From Chiloscyllium plagiosum (lineage: Eukaryota): DNA of 50,406 bases. Every line of letters starts with the position of its first letter. The stretch's first letter is position 1. The notes beneath the pieces are model-generated. The model was not told the DNA's origin, did no database searches, and saw only the letters and a list, made by a program, of their open reading frames with translations. The stretch spans positions 10,595,165 to 10,645,570 of the forward strand of contig NC_057756.1 in assembly GCF_004010195.1 (NCBI RefSeq). The letters are read 5' to 3'. A program made the position numbers and the translations under genes. Shown here piece after piece: positions 1 through 14,484 of this stretch.

Positions 1-3000
1 ACACTGAATACTAAACACTGAATACTGAACACTGAATACTGAACACTGAACACTGATCCCTGAACAATGAATACAGAACACTGAATACAGAATATTGAAC
101 ACTGAACACAGAATACAGAACACTGAATACTGAACATTGAACACAGAATACTGAATACTGAACACTGAATATTGAACACTGAATACTAAACACTGAATAC
201 TGAACACTGAATACTGAACACTGAATACAGAACATTGAACACAGAATACAGAAGACCGGATACAGAAAACTTAATAGTGAATACAGAACACTAAATACAG
301 AATACTGAACACTGAATGCTGAACACTGAACACTGAATACAGAACAATGAACATTGAATACTGAACACAGAACACTGACACTGAATACAGAACACTGAAC
401 ACTGAACACTGAATACTGAATACAGAACACTGAAAACTGAACGCTTAGTACAGAACACTGAATACTGAACACTGATTCCTGAACAATGAATACAGAACAC
501 TGAATACAGAATACTGAATATTGAACACTGAACACAGAATACAGAACACAGAATACAGAACACTGAATACTGAACACTGAACACTGAATACTGAGAACAC
601 TGAACACTGAATACTGAATATTGAACACTGAATACAGAACACTGAAAACTGAACGCTTAGTACAGAACACTGAATACTGAACACTGATTCCTGAACAATG
701 AATACAGAACACTGAACACAGAATACTGAATATTGAACACTGAACACAGAATACAGAACACTGAATACTGAACATTGAAGACTGAACACTGAACACTGAA
801 TACTGAACACTGAATACAGAACATTGAATACAGAAGACTGGATACAGAAAACTTAATAGTGAATACAGAACACTAAATACAGAATACTGAACACTGAATG
901 CTGAACACTGAATACTGAATACAGAACACTGAATACTGGACACTGAACATTGAATACTGAACACCGAATACTGAATGCTGAATATAGAACACTGAATACT
1001 GGACACTGAACATCGAATACTGAATGCTGAATACAGAACACTGAATACTGGACACTGAACATTGAATACTGAACACCGAATACTGAATGCTGAATACAGA
1101 ACACTGAATACTGAACACTGAATACTGAACACAGAATACAGAATACAGAACACTGAATACTGAACACTGAATACTGAACACAGAATACAGAATACAGAAT
1201 ACTGAATACTGAACACTGAATATTGAACACTGAATACTAAACACTGAATACTGATCACTGAAAACTGAACGCTGAATACAGACCACTGAATACTGAACAC
1301 TGAATATTGAACAATGAATACAGAACACAGAATACAGAACACTGAACACTAAATACTGAATATTGAACACTGAATACTAAACACTGAATACTGAACACTG
1401 AATACTGAACACTGAATACAGAACATTGAACACAGAATACAGAACACTGAATACTGACCACTGAATACTGAACACTGAATACTGAATACTGAAAACTGAA
1501 CACTGAGTACTGAACACAGAACACTGAAGACTGAAACTGAATACTGAAAACTGAAAACTGAAAACTGAACACTGAACACTAAAAACTGAATACTGAACAC
1601 TGAATACTGAACACTGAATACAGAACATTGAACACTGAATACAGAATACTGAATACTGAATGCTGAACACTGAACACCGAATACTGAATACAGAACACTG
1701 AATACTGAATACAGAACACTGAACACTGAATACTGAATACTGAACACTGAATACAGAATACTGAATTCATGTAATTGAACACTGAATAGAGTGCTGTGAA
1801 TACTGAACACTGAATACTGAACAGTGTATACTGAACATTGAAGACAGAACACTGAACACTGAACTCAAAATCTGAACACTGAATACTGAATATTGAACAC
1901 TGAATACAGAACACTGAACATTGAATACGGAAACTGAACACAGAATACAGAAGGCTGGATACAGAACACTCAATAGTGAATACAGAACACGAAATACTGA
2001 ACATTGAACACTGAATCCAGAAGACTGGGCATTTTGCACTGGACATTGAACACTGGGCACTGTGCTTTGAGCACTGTGCATTGAACACAACACTGCATTG
2101 AACACTGGGTACTGTGCTTTCATTACTGTGCATTGAACAATGTGCACTGAACATTGAACACTAAACACTGTGCATTGAACACTGGGCACTGTGCATTGAA
2201 CACAGAGCACGGTGCACTGAACATTGAACACTGGGCACTGTGCGCTGAACATTGCACACTAAACACTGTGCATTGAGCACTGGGCACTGAGCTCTTAACA
2301 CTGTTCACTGTACACTGAACACAACTCTGTGCGTTCAACACTGAGCACTGTGCACTGAATGTTTAAGACAACACTGTGCTATGAACACTGGTCACTGGGC
2401 ACTGAACATTAAACACAACACTTTGCATTGGACAGTGGGCACTGGGCAGTGACCATTGAACACTGAACTCTGTGCATTGAACATTGGGCACTGTGCACTG
2501 TACACTGAACACAACACTGTACTGAACACTAGGCATGGTGCACTGAACGTTGAAACAGCACTTGTTCATTGAACACGGCACTGGGCACTGAATATTGAAC
2601 ACTGGACACTGTGCACTGAACATTGATCACTGGGCACTGTGCATTGAACACTGGGCACTGATCATTGATCACTGGGCACTGAATATTGAACACTGGACAC
2701 TGTGCACTGATCATTGATTACTGGGCACTGTGCATTGAACACTGGGCAATGGGCACTGATCATTGATCACTGGGCACTGAATATTGAACACTGGACACTG
2801 TGCACTGAACATTGATCCCTGGGCACTATGCATTGAACACTGGGCAATGGGCACTGATCATTGAACACAACACTGTGCACTGAACATTGAACACTGTACA
2901 TTGAACCCTGGGTACTGTGCACTGAACACTGGGCACTGTGCACTGAACATGGGCACTGTGCACTGAACACTGTGCATGAAACACTGGGCAATGTGCACTG

Positions 3001-6000
3001 AACATTGAAGCCTGGGTACTGTGCATTGAACACTGGGCACTGTGCACTGCAGATTGAACACAACACTGTACACTGAACACGGGGAACTGGGCACTGAACA
3101 TTGAACACAACACTGTGCACTGAACACTGGGCAGTGTGCACTGAGCATTGAACACTGTGAAATAAACACTGGGCACTGTGCACTGAACACGGCACTGGGC
3201 ATATGCTCTGAACATTGAACACTGGTCACTGTGCACTAAACATTGAACACTGAACACTGTGCATTGAACACTGGGCAATGGGCACTGCTCATTGATCACT
3301 GGGCACTGTGCATTGAACACTGGGCAATGGGCACTGATCATTGAACACAACACTGTGCACTGAACATTGAACACTGGGCACTGTGCATTGAACACTGAAC
3401 ATTGTGCATTGAATGCTGGGCACCGAATATTGAACACATCACTGTGCATTAAACACTGGACACTGTGCACTGAAAATTGAACACTGAGCAGTGTGAACTG
3501 AGCATTGTACACTGGGCACTGAACATTGAACACAACACTTTGCATTGAACACAGGGCACTGTGCACTGAACATTGAACACTGTGCACTGTACACTGGGCA
3601 CTGAACAACAAGCATTGAACACTAGGCACTGTGCACAGAACACTGGGTACAGTGCACTCAACACTGGGCACTGTGCACTGAACATCGAACACTATGCACT
3701 AACACAGGGCACTGTGCACGGAACACTGGGCACTGTGCACTGAACATTGATCACTGGGCACTGTGCATTGAACACTGGGCAATGGGCACTGAACATTGAA
3801 CACTGTACATTGAACCCTGGGTATTGTGCACTGTGCACTGAACACTGTGCACTGAACATTGAACACTATGCATTGAACACCGGACAATGGGCACTGATCA
3901 TTGATCACTGGGCACTGATCATTGATCACTGGGCATTGAATATTGAACACTGGACACTGTGCACTGAACAGTGTTCACTGGGCACTGTGCATTGAACACT
4001 GGGCACTGATCATTGATCACTGGGCACTGTGCATTGAACACTGGGCAATGGGCACTGATCATTCATCACTGGGCACTGTGCATTGAACACTGGGCATTGA
4101 ATATTGAACACTGGACACTGTGCACTGAACAGTGTTCACTGGGCACTGTGCATTGAACACTGGGCACTGATCATTGATCACTGGGCATTGAATATTGAAC
4201 ACTGGACACTGTGCACTGAACAGTGTTCACTGGGCACTGTGCATTGAACACTGGGCACTGATCATTCATCACTGGGCACTGTGCATTGAACACTGGGCAA
4301 TGGGCACTGCTCATTGATCACTGTGCACTGAACACTGGGCACTGTGCACTGAACATGGGCACTGTGCACTGAACATTGAAGCCTGGGTATTGTGCATTGA
4401 ACACTGGGCACTGTGCACTGATCATTGATCACTGGGCACTGTGCATTGAACACTGGACAATGGACACTGATCATTGATCACTGGGCACTGTGCATTGAAC
4501 ACTGGGCAATGTGCACTGCTCATTGATCACTGGGCACTGTGCATTGAACACTAGGCAATGGGCACTGATCATTGAACACAACACTGTGCACTGAACATTG
4601 AACACTGTACATTGAACCCTGGGTACTGTGCACTGAACACTGGGCACTGTGCACTGAACATTGAAGCCTGGGTACTGTGCATTGAGCACTGGGCACTGTG
4701 CACTGCAGATTGAACACAACACTGTACATTGAACACTGGGCACTGTGCACTGAGCATTGAACACTGTGAAATAAACACTGGGCACTGTGCACTGAACACT
4801 GCACTGACCACTGGACATTGTGCACTGAACACTGGACATTGTGTACTGAATATTGAACATTGAACACAGGGCACTGCGCACTGAGCATTAAACAGTGAAC
4901 ACTGTGCATTGGACATTGGGCACTGTGCATTGGACACTGGGCACTGTGCACTGAGCATTGAACACTGAACACTGTGCATTGGACATTGGGCACTGTGCTT
5001 TGGACACTGGGCACTGTGCACTGAACACTGGGCACTGTGCATTGAACACTGAGCACTGTGCACTGAACATTGAACACTGTGAAATAAACACTGGGCACCA
5101 TGCATTGAACATTGCACACTGAACACTGCACATTGAACATTGGGCACTGTGCATTGAACACTGGGCACTGGACATTGAACACTGTACATTGCATTAAACT
5201 TTGGGCACTGTGCATTGAACACTGTGCAATGGAAACTGGGCACTGAACACGGCACTGTGCTTTGAGCACTATGCATTGAACACTGAACTCTGCATTGAAC
5301 ATTAGGCACTGTACACTGAACACAACACTGTACTGAACACTAGGCATGGTGCACTGAACGTTGAACACAACACTTGTGCATTGAACACGGCACTGGGCAC
5401 TGAATATTGAACACTGGACACTGTGCACTGAACATTGATCACTGTGCACTAGGCACTGAACATTGAAGCCTGGGTACTGTGCACTGAACACTGGGCACTC
5501 TGCACTGAACATTGATCACTGGGCACTATGCATTGAACACTGGGCACTGATCATTCATCACTGGGCACTGTGCATTGAACACTGGGCAATGGGCACTGAT
5601 CATTGATCACTGTGCATTGAACACTGGGCAATGGGCACTGATCATTGATCACTGGGCACTGTGCATTGAACACTGGGCAATGGGTGCTGCTCATTGATCA
5701 CTGTGCATTGAACACTGGGCAATGGGCACTAATCATTGATCACTGGGCACTGTGCATTGAACACTGGGCAATGGGCACTGATCATTGATCACTGGGCACT
5801 GTGCGTTGGACACTGGGCAATGGGCACTGATCATTGATCACTGTGCACTGAACACTGGGCAATGGGCACTGATCATTGATCACTGGGCACTGTGCATTGA
5901 ACACTGGGCAATGGACACTGATCATTCATCACTGTGCACTGTGCATTGAACTCTGGGCAATGGGCACTGATCATTGAACACAACACTGTGCACTGAACAT

Positions 6001-9000
6001 TGAACACTGTACATTGAACCCTGGGTACTGTGCACTGAACACTGGACACTGTGCACTGAACACTGGGCACTATGCACTGAACACTGTGCACTGATCACTG
6101 GGCACTGTGCATTGAACACTGGGCACTGTGCACTGAACATTGAAGCCTGGGTACTGTGCACTGAACACTGGGCACTGTGCACTGAACACTGGGCACTGTG
6201 CACTGAACATTGAAGCCTGGGTACTGTGCATTGAACACTGGGCACTGTGCACTGCAGATTGAACACAACACTGTACATTGAACACTGGGCACTGTGCACT
6301 GAACATTGAACACAACACTGTGCATTGAACACTTGGCACTGTGCACTGAGCATTGAACACTNNNNNNNNNNNNNNNNNNNNNNNNNNNATTGAACCCTGA
6401 ACATTGAACACAACTTTGTGCATTGAACACTGGGCACTGTGCACTGAACACTGGGCTTGGTGCACTGAACACTGTGAACTGTGCATTGAACACTGATCAC
6501 TGTGCATTGAACACTGGACACTGAACATTGAACACTGGGCACTGTGCATTGAACACTGGGCACTGTGCACTGAACACTGTGAACTGAACATTGAACACTG
6601 ATCACTGTGCATTGAACACTGGGCACTGTGCATTGAACACTGGGCACTGTGCACTGAACACTGGGCATGGTGCACTGAACATTGAACACTGTACACTAAC
6701 ACAAGGCACTGTGCACTGTGTACTGAACATTGAACACAACACTGGGCACTGAGCACTGTGCAAGAATACTGGGCACTGTGCATAAACACTGAATATTGAA
6801 CCCTGAACATTGAACACAACATTGTGCATTGACCACTGGGCACTGTGCATTGAACACTGGGCACTGTGCATTGAACACTGGGCACTGTGCATTGAACCCT
6901 GGGCACTGTGCACTGAACACTGGGCATGGTGCACTGAACACTGTGAACTGAACATTGAACACTGATCACTGTGCATTGAACACTGGGCACTGTGCATTGA
7001 ACACTGGGCACTGAACATTGAACACTGTACACTGTGCATTGAACATGGAACACTGAACACTGTGCACTGAACATGGAACGCTGAACACTGGGCACCGTGC
7101 ATTGAACACTGGGCACTGAACATTGAACACTGTACACTGTGCACTGAACATGGAACACTGAACACTGTGCACTGAACACAGCGCACTGAATATGGAACAC
7201 TGAACGCTGTGCACTGAACATTGAACACTGTACACTAACACAGGACACTGTGCATTGAACACTGATCACTGTGCATTGAACACTGGACACTGAACATTGA
7301 ACACTGGGCACTGTGCATTGAACAGTGGGCACTGTGCACTGAACACTGTGAACTGAACATTGAACACTGATCACTGTGCATTGAACACTGGGCACTGCGC
7401 ATTGAACACTGGGCAGTGTACACTGAACACTGGGCATGGTGCACTGAACATTGAACACTGTACACTAACACTGTGCACTGTGTACTGAACATTGAACACA
7501 ACACTGTGCACTGAGTACTGTGCAAGAATACTGGGCACTGTGCATAAACACTGAATATTGAACCCTGAACATTGAACACTGGGCACTGTGCACTGAACAC
7601 TGGGCATGGTGCACTGAACATTGAACACTGTACACTAACACAGGGCACTGTGTACTGAACATTGAACACTGATCACTGTGCACAGAGCACTGTGCAAGAA
7701 TACTGGGCACTGTGCATAAACACTGAACATTGAACCCTGAACATTGAACACAACTTTGTGCATTGAACACTGGGCACTGTGCATTGAACACTGGGCACTG
7801 TGCATTGAACACTGGGCACTGTGCACTGAACATTGGGCATGGTGCACTGAACACTGTGAACTGAACATTGAACACTGATCACTGTGCATTGAACACTGGG
7901 CACTGAACATTGAACACTGGGCACTGTGCACTGAACACTGGGCATGGTGCACTGAACATTGAACACTGTACACTGTGCACTGAACATGGAACACTGAACA
8001 CTGTGCACTGAACATTGAACACTGTACACTAACACAGGACACTGTGCATTGAACACTGATAACTGTGCATTGAACACTGGGCACTGAGCATTGAACACTG
8101 TGAAATAAACACTGGGCACCGCGCACTGAACACTGGGCACTGAACATTGAACACTGTACACTGTGCACTGAACACTGTGCACTGAACATGGAACACTGAA
8201 CACTGCGCACTGAATATGGAACACTGAACGCTGTGCACTAAACATGGAACACTGAACACTGCGCACTGAACATGGAACACTGAACACTGGGCACTGAGCA
8301 TTGAACACTGTGAAATAAACACAGGGCACTGTGCACTGAACACTGGGAAATGTGCACTTAACATTGAACACTGATCACTGTGCATTGAGCATTGGGTGCT
8401 GTGCACTGAACACTGGGCAATGGGCACTGAGCATTGAACACTGTGAAATAAACACTGGGCACCGTGCACTGAACACTGGGCACTGAACATTGAACACTGT
8501 ACACTGTGCACTGAACATGGAACACTGAACACTGCGCACTGAACATGGAACACTGAACACTGCGCACTGAATATGGAACACTGAACACTGCGCACTGAAT
8601 ATGGAACACTGAACACTGTGCACTGAACATTGAACACTGTACACTAACACAGGACACTGTGCATTGAACACTGATAACTGTGCATTGAACACTGGGCACT
8701 GAGCATTGAACACTGTGAAATAAACACTGGGCACCGTGCACTGAACACTGTGCACTGAACATGGAACACTGAACACTGCGCACTGAATATGGAACACTGA
8801 ACACTGTGCACTAAACATGGAACACTGATCACTGGGCACTGAGCATTGAACACTGTGAAATAAACACTGGGCACCGTGCACTGAACACTGGGCACTGAAC
8901 ATGGAACACTGAACACTGTGCACTGAATATGGAACACTGAACACTGTGCACTGAACATTGAACACTGTACACTAACACAGGACACTGTGCATTGAACACT

Positions 9001-10450
9001 GATCACTGTGCATTGAACACTGGGCACTGAACATGGAACACTGAACACTGTGCACTGAACATGGAACACTGAACACTGCGCACTGAATATGGAACACTGA
9101 ACACTGTGCACTGAACATTGAACACTGTACACTAACACAGGACACTGTGCATTGAACACTGATCACTGTGCATTGAACACTGGACACTGAGCATTGAACA
9201 CTGTGCATTGAATACTGGGCACCGTGCACTGAACACTGGGCACTGTGCACGGAATATTGAACATTGAACATTGTGCATTGAATACTGGACACTGTGCACT
9301 GAACACTGCACTGAACACTGGACATTGTGCACTGTACACTGTGCACTGAACACTGGGCATGGTGCACTGAACATTGAACACTGTACACTAACACAGGGCA
9401 CTGTGCACTGTGTACTGAACATTGAACACAACACTGTGCACTGAGCACTGTGCAAGAATACTGGGCACTGTGCATAAACACTGAGTATTGAACCCTGAAC
9501 ATTGAACACAACATTGTGCATTGAACACTGGGCACTGTGCATTGAACACTGGACACTGTGCACTGAACATTGAACACTGTACACTAACACAGGCACTGTG
9601 CATTGAACACTGTGCACTGTGCATTGAACACTCGACACTGAACATTGAACACTGTGCATTGAATACTGCGTACTGTGCACTGAACACTGCACTGAACACT
9701 AGGCACTGTACATGGAATATTGAACATTGAACATTGTGCATTGAATACTGGACACTGTGCACGGAACACTGGACATTGTGCACTGAACACTGCAGTGAAC
9801 ACTGGACATTGTGCACTGAACAATGGGCATTGTGCACTGAACACTGGACATTGTGCACTGAACACTGGGCACTGTGCACTGAATATTGAACATTGAACAC
9901 TGGGCACTGTGCACTGAACACTGCATTGAACACTGGACATTGTGCACTGAACACTGTGCATTGAATACTGCGCACTGTGCACTGAACACTGGACATTGTG
10001 CACTGAATACTGCACTGAACACTGGGCACTGTGCACTGAACATTGAACATTGTACACTGAACACTGTGCATTGGACATTGAACACTGAACACTATGCATT
10101 GAACACAGGGCACTGTGCATTGACCACTGAAAACTATATATTGAACACTGGGCACTATGCACTGAACATTGAACACAACACTGCATTGAACACTGGGCAC
10201 TATGCACTGAACACTGGTCACTGTGCACTGAACATTGAACACCGTGCACTGTGCTCTGAACATTGAACACAACACTGCATTGAACACTGGGCACTGAACA
10301 TTGAACACTAAACACTGAATACTGAACACTGTGCACTGAACGCTGCACCCTAAACACTGAACACTGCACACTGAACATGGAACACTGAACACTGTGCACT
10401 GAACATGGAACACTGAACACTGCGCACTGAACATGGAACACTGAATACTG
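1..10450. repeat. 7-bp minisatellite/satellite array (CTGAAYA, CAGAAYA, CTGTGCA, CTGGGCA, TTGAACA variants), interrupted by an N gap at 6362-6388
   Basis: Continuous 7-bp periodicity read directly. The long minus-strand ORFs (VQCSVFS-type peptides) are a by-product of the repeat. Confidence 0.97.
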
Positions 10451-11147
10451 NNNNNNNNNNNNNNNNNNNNNNNNNNNNNNNNNNNNNNNNNNNNNNNNNN
10501 NNNNNNNNNNNNNNNNNNNNNNNNNNNNNNNNNNNNNNNNNNNNNNNNNNNNNNNNNNNNNNNNNNNNNNNNNNNNNNNNNNNNNNNNNNNNNNNNNNNN
10601 NNNNNNNNNNNNNNNNNNNNNNNNNNNNNNNNNNNNNNNNNNNNNNNNNNNNNNNNNNNNNNNNNNNNNNNNNNNNNNNNNNNNNNNNNNNNNNNNNNNN
10701 NNNNNNNNNNNNNNNNNNNNNNNNNNNNNNNNNNNNNNNNNNNNNNNNNNNNNNNNNNNNNNNNNNNNNNNNNNNNNNNNNNNNNNNNNNNNNNNNNNNN
10801 NNNNNNNNNNNNNNNNNNNNNNNNNNNNNNNNNNNNNNNNNNNNNNNNNNNNNNNNNNNNNNNNNNNNNNNNNNNNNNNNNNNNNNNNNNNNNNNNNNNN
10901 NNNNNNNNNNNNNNNNNNNNNNNNNNNNNNNNNNNNNNNNNNNNNNNNNNGTCATCTCCATCACTCGCTGTGGGAACGAATTCCAACTGTGTACAGGCCG
11001 ACCAAAGACATCTCCTTGGGCTACACTGGGGCTGGAAAGAGATGGCTCGCCACCTAACGTTTCCAAAGAACGACCTGAAATTTTATGGCATGATCCATTT
11101 CTTCTGTTACAGATGGATTCAAGGTTCAAGTAGAAATCATAAGAGGG

Positions 11148-11468
11148 GGGCGGCACGATGGCTCAGTGGGGTAGCACTGCTGCCTCACAGCACCAGGGTC
11201 CCAGGTTCGATTCCAGCCTCGGGGCGACTGTCTGTGTGGAGTTTGCACATTCTCCCCATGACTGCGTGGGTTTCCTCCGGGTGCTCCGGTTTCCTCCCAC
11301 AGTCCAAAGATGTGCAGGTCAGGGTGGATTAGCCGTGCTAAATTGCCCATCATGTGAGGTGCATTAGTCAGAGGGGAAATGGGTCTGGGTGGGTTACTCT
11401 TCGGAGGGTCGGTGTGGACTTGTTGGGCTGAAGGGCCTGTTCCCACACTGTGGGGGATGTAATCTAAA
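11148..11468 (+). mobile_element. HE1-type V-SINE, full length
   Basis: tRNA-like head (TGGCTCAGTGG A box, GGTTCGATTCC B box), V-domain GTGTGGAGTTTGCACATTCTCCCC...TTTCCTCCCACAGTCCAAAGA, LINE-like tail ending TAATCTAA. Confidence 0.93.
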
Positions 11469-11505
11469 ACAGGAGCAGAAATTAGGCCATTCGGCCCATC
11501 GAGTC

Positions 11506-11674
11506 TCCCTACCTTTTATCTTAACCTGCTGGACAAACTTTCCTCATTCCTGAAGAAGGGCTTATGCCCGAAACGTCAATTCTCCTGTTCCCTGGATGCT
11601 GCCTGACCTGCTGCGCTTTTCCAGCAACACATTTTCAACTCTGATCTCCAGCATCTGCAGACCTCACTTTCTCC
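11506..11674 (+). mobile_element. Penelope-like element terminal-repeat fragment with hammerhead core
   Basis: CCTGAAGAAGGGCTTATGCCCGAAACGTC...GATGCTGCCTGACCTGCTGCGCTTTTCCAGC; same family as copies at 14391, 16799, 17836 and 41014. Boundaries approximate. Confidence 0.8.
11550..11577 (+). ncRNA. Minimal hammerhead ribozyme core (PLE-associated)
   Basis: CUGAAGA-A-GGGC-UUAU-GCCC-GAAA-CG-UC: conserved core, 4-bp helix II, palindromic ACGU in place of helix III. Confidence 0.75.
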
Positions 11675-12498
11675 TGATACATCTCTCAACCCCATTCTCC
11701 CCTGGCTCATCTTTACAATCAAGAACATATCTATCTCCATCCTCAGTGACCTGGCCTCCACAGCCTTCTGTGGCAGTGAATCCCGTAGATTCACCACTCT
11801 CTGGCTGAAGACGTTTCTCCTTCTCTCCATTCTAAAGGGTCTTCCCTTTACTCTCAGGCTGTGCCCTTAGGCCCTCGTCTCTCCCGCCAATGGAAACACC
11901 TTCCCAAAATCCACTGTGTCCAGGCCGTTGGCTATTCTGTAGGCTTCAATTAGATCCCTCACATCCTTCTAAACTCAATGGAGTTTAGACCCAGACTCCT
12001 CAAACGTTCCTAATATGTTAAGCCTATCATTCCTGGGATCATTCCCGTGAACCTTCTCCGGACCCGCTCCGGGATCAGGATATCCATCCTGCGATATGGG
12101 ACCCAAAATTATTTGCAATACTCCAAATGTGGTCTGACCAGAGCCTTATAGAAGTACATCCCTGCTATTATATTCCAGCCCTTGCGAAATGAGTGCCAAC
12201 GTTGTATTTGCCTTTCTGACTACTGACTCAACCTGCAAGTTTACCTTGAGAGAACCCTGGCGTAGAACTCCCAAGTCACTTTGCACTTCAGATTTCTGAA
12301 TTTTTCCTCCATTTAGAATATAGTCCATGGCTGTATTCCTCCGAACCAAGTGCATGACCCCACACTTTACTGCGTTGTACTCCATTACTATTGCAGTATC
12401 AGTGTTACCGGAGGTATATTTTTACATTTGACTTGTATTTCTGTACTATTTATGTGTTTTACGGAGGAGGCGTGGCTTTAGATTAAATTTTCCATCTT

Positions 12499-13168
12499 AG
12501 AGTCATAAGAGACATACAGCATCGAAACAGACCCTTCAGTCCAACCCGTCCATGCCGACCAGATATCCCAACCCAATCTAGTCCCACCTGCCAGCACCCG
12601 GCCCATATCCCTCCAAACCCTTCCTATTCATATACCCATCCAAATGNNNNNNNNNNNNNNNNNNNNNNNNNNNNNNNNNNNNNNNNNNNNNNNNNNNNNN
12701 NNNNNNNNNNNNNNNNNNNNNNNNNNNNNNNNNNNNNNNNNNNNNNNNNNNNNNNNNNNNNNNNNNNNNNNNNNNNNNNNNNNNNNNNNNNNNNNNNNNN
12801 NNNNNNNNNNNNNNNNNNNNNNNNNNNNNNNNNNNNNNNNNNNNNNNNNNNNNNNNNNNNNNNNNNNNNNNNNNNNNNNNNNNNNNNNNNNNNNNNNNNN
12901 NNNNNNNNNNNNNNNNNNNNNNNNNNNNNNNNNNNNNNNNNNNNNNNNNNNNNNNNNNNNTGCACTCCAAGGTCTCTTTGTTCAGCAACACTCCCTAGGA
13001 CCTTACCATTAAGTGTATAAGTCCTGCTAAGATTTGCTTTCCAAAATGCAGCACCTCACATTTATCTGAATTAAACTCCATCTGCCACTTCTCAGCCCAT
13101 TGGCCCATCTGGTCCAGATCCTGTTGTAATCTGAGGTAACCATCTTCGCTGTCCACTACACCTCCAAT
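12499..13168 (-). mobile_element. CR1/HER1 LINE 3' fragment spanning an N gap
   Basis: Minus strand encodes IGGVVDSEDGYLRLQQDLDQMGQWAEKWQMEFNSDKCEVLHF and HLDGYMNRKGLEGYGP, followed by the 3' UTR. Confidence 0.9.
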
Positions 13169-13289
13169 TACATCCTGTGAAATGTTTGGATTTTAACGAG
13201 GTTCTCCATCTTTTGAGGTGACACGTTCAGTGTATTTGGAGGGAGAAAGGGCGAAGGAGAAGTCTGTTGCCCACTGACAGGAGTCACGG

Positions 13290-13426
13290 GGATGGCACGG
13301 TGGCTCAGTGCTTAGCGCCAGGGACCCGGGTTTGATTCCAGCCGCTGGGGCGACTGTCTGTGTGGAGTTTGCACATTTTCCTCGGGCCTGCGTTGGTTTC
13401 CTCCGGGTCTCCAGTTCACTCCAAAC
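13290..13426 (+). mobile_element. HE1 SINE head (tRNA-like region plus V-domain) leading directly into the 52-bp array
   Basis: GGATGGCACGGTGGCTCAGTG...GGGTTTGATTCC...GTCTGTGTGGAGTTTGCACATT...GGTTTCCTCCGGG; small deletion after the A box relative to other copies in the window. Confidence 0.88.
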
Positions 13427-14390
13427 GTTATGGAGGTTACGGTGGATTGGCCATGCTAAATTACCCATAGTGCCCAGGGATGTGCAGGTTACGGTGGATT
13501 AGCCATGCTAAATTACCCATAGTGCCCAGGGATGTGCAGGTTAGGGTGGATTGGCCATGGTAAATTACCCATAGTGCCCAGGGATGTGCAGGTTACAGTG
13601 GATTGGCCATGGTAAATTACCCATAGTGCCCAGGGATGTGCAGGTTAGGGTGGATTGGCTATGGTAAATTCCCCATAGTGCCCAGGGATGTGCAGGTTAG
13701 GGTGGATTGGCCATGCTAAATTACCCATAGTGCCCAGGGATGTGCAGGTTAGGGTGGATTGGCCATGGTAAATTACTCATAGTGCCCAGGGATGTGCAGG
13801 TTAGGGTGGATTGGCCATGCTAAATTACCCATAGTGCCCAGGGATGTGCAGGTTAGGGTGGATTGGCCATGGTAAATTACTCACAGTGCTCAGGGATGTG
13901 CAGGTTAGGGTGGATTGGCTATGGTAAATTACTCATAGTGCCCAGGGATGTGCAGGTTAGGGTGGATTGGCCATGGTAAATTACCCATAGTGCCCAGGGA
14001 TGTGCAGGTTAGGGTGGATTGGCAATGGTAAATTACTCATAGTGCCCAGGGATGTGCAGGTTAGGGTGGATTGGCCATGGTAAATTACTCATAGTGCCCA
14101 GGGATGTGCAGGTTATGGTGGATTGGCCATGCTAAATTACCCATTGTATCCAGGATGTGCCAGTTAGGGTGGATTGACTATGCTAAATGGCCCATAGTGC
14201 CAATGGATGTGCAGGTTAGGGTGGATTGGCCATGCTAAATTACCCATAATGCCAATGGATGTGCTGGTTAGGGTGGATTGGCCATGCAAATTTACCCATA
14301 GTGCACTGGTATGTGCAGGTTAAGGTGGATTGACCATGCAAAATTACCCATAGTGCACCGGTATGTGCGGATTAGGGTGGATTGACCATG

Positions 14391-14484
14391 GCTGGAAATG
14401 TGTTGCTGGAAAAGCGCAGCAGGTCAGGCAGCATCCAGGGAACAGGAGAATCGACGTTTCGGGCATAAGCCCTTCCTCAGGAAA
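14391..14484 (-). mobile_element. 94-bp PLE terminal-repeat insertion in the satellite, 7-bp TSD, hammerhead core at 14453-14480
   Basis: GACCATG duplicated at 14384-14390 and 14485-14491; minus strand reads CTGAGGA-A-GGGC-TTAT-GCCC-GAAA-CG-TC. Confidence 0.88.

Larger units (their letters stand above)
11469..12386 (-). mobile_element. CR1-clade LINE 3' fragment (RT C-terminus plus 3' UTR), interrupted by a PLE piece
   Basis: Minus-strand peptides MEYNAVKCGVMH...DLGV...VRKAN and FSQRVVNL..SLP match CR1 ORF2; tail GGAGCAGAAATTAGGCCATTCGGCCCATCGAGTC on the plus strand. Confidence 0.9.

Noticed and set aside
11..10441. Long minus-strand ORFs (up to several hundred aa) of VQCSVFS-type repeats
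   Set aside because: Open in all three frames because the 7-bp repeat lacks stops on that strand; no coding signature.
2010..10450. Common origin of the heptamer array and the 52-bp unit via shared CACAGTGCCCAG (opposite strands)
   Set aside because: Only about 12 bp match and the rest of the unit is unrelated; insufficient evidence.
11148..11222. tRNA-like sequences at SINE heads (also 31189, 38494, 41262 and others)
   Set aside because: They continue into the V-domain and tail, so they are SINE promoters, not tRNA genes.
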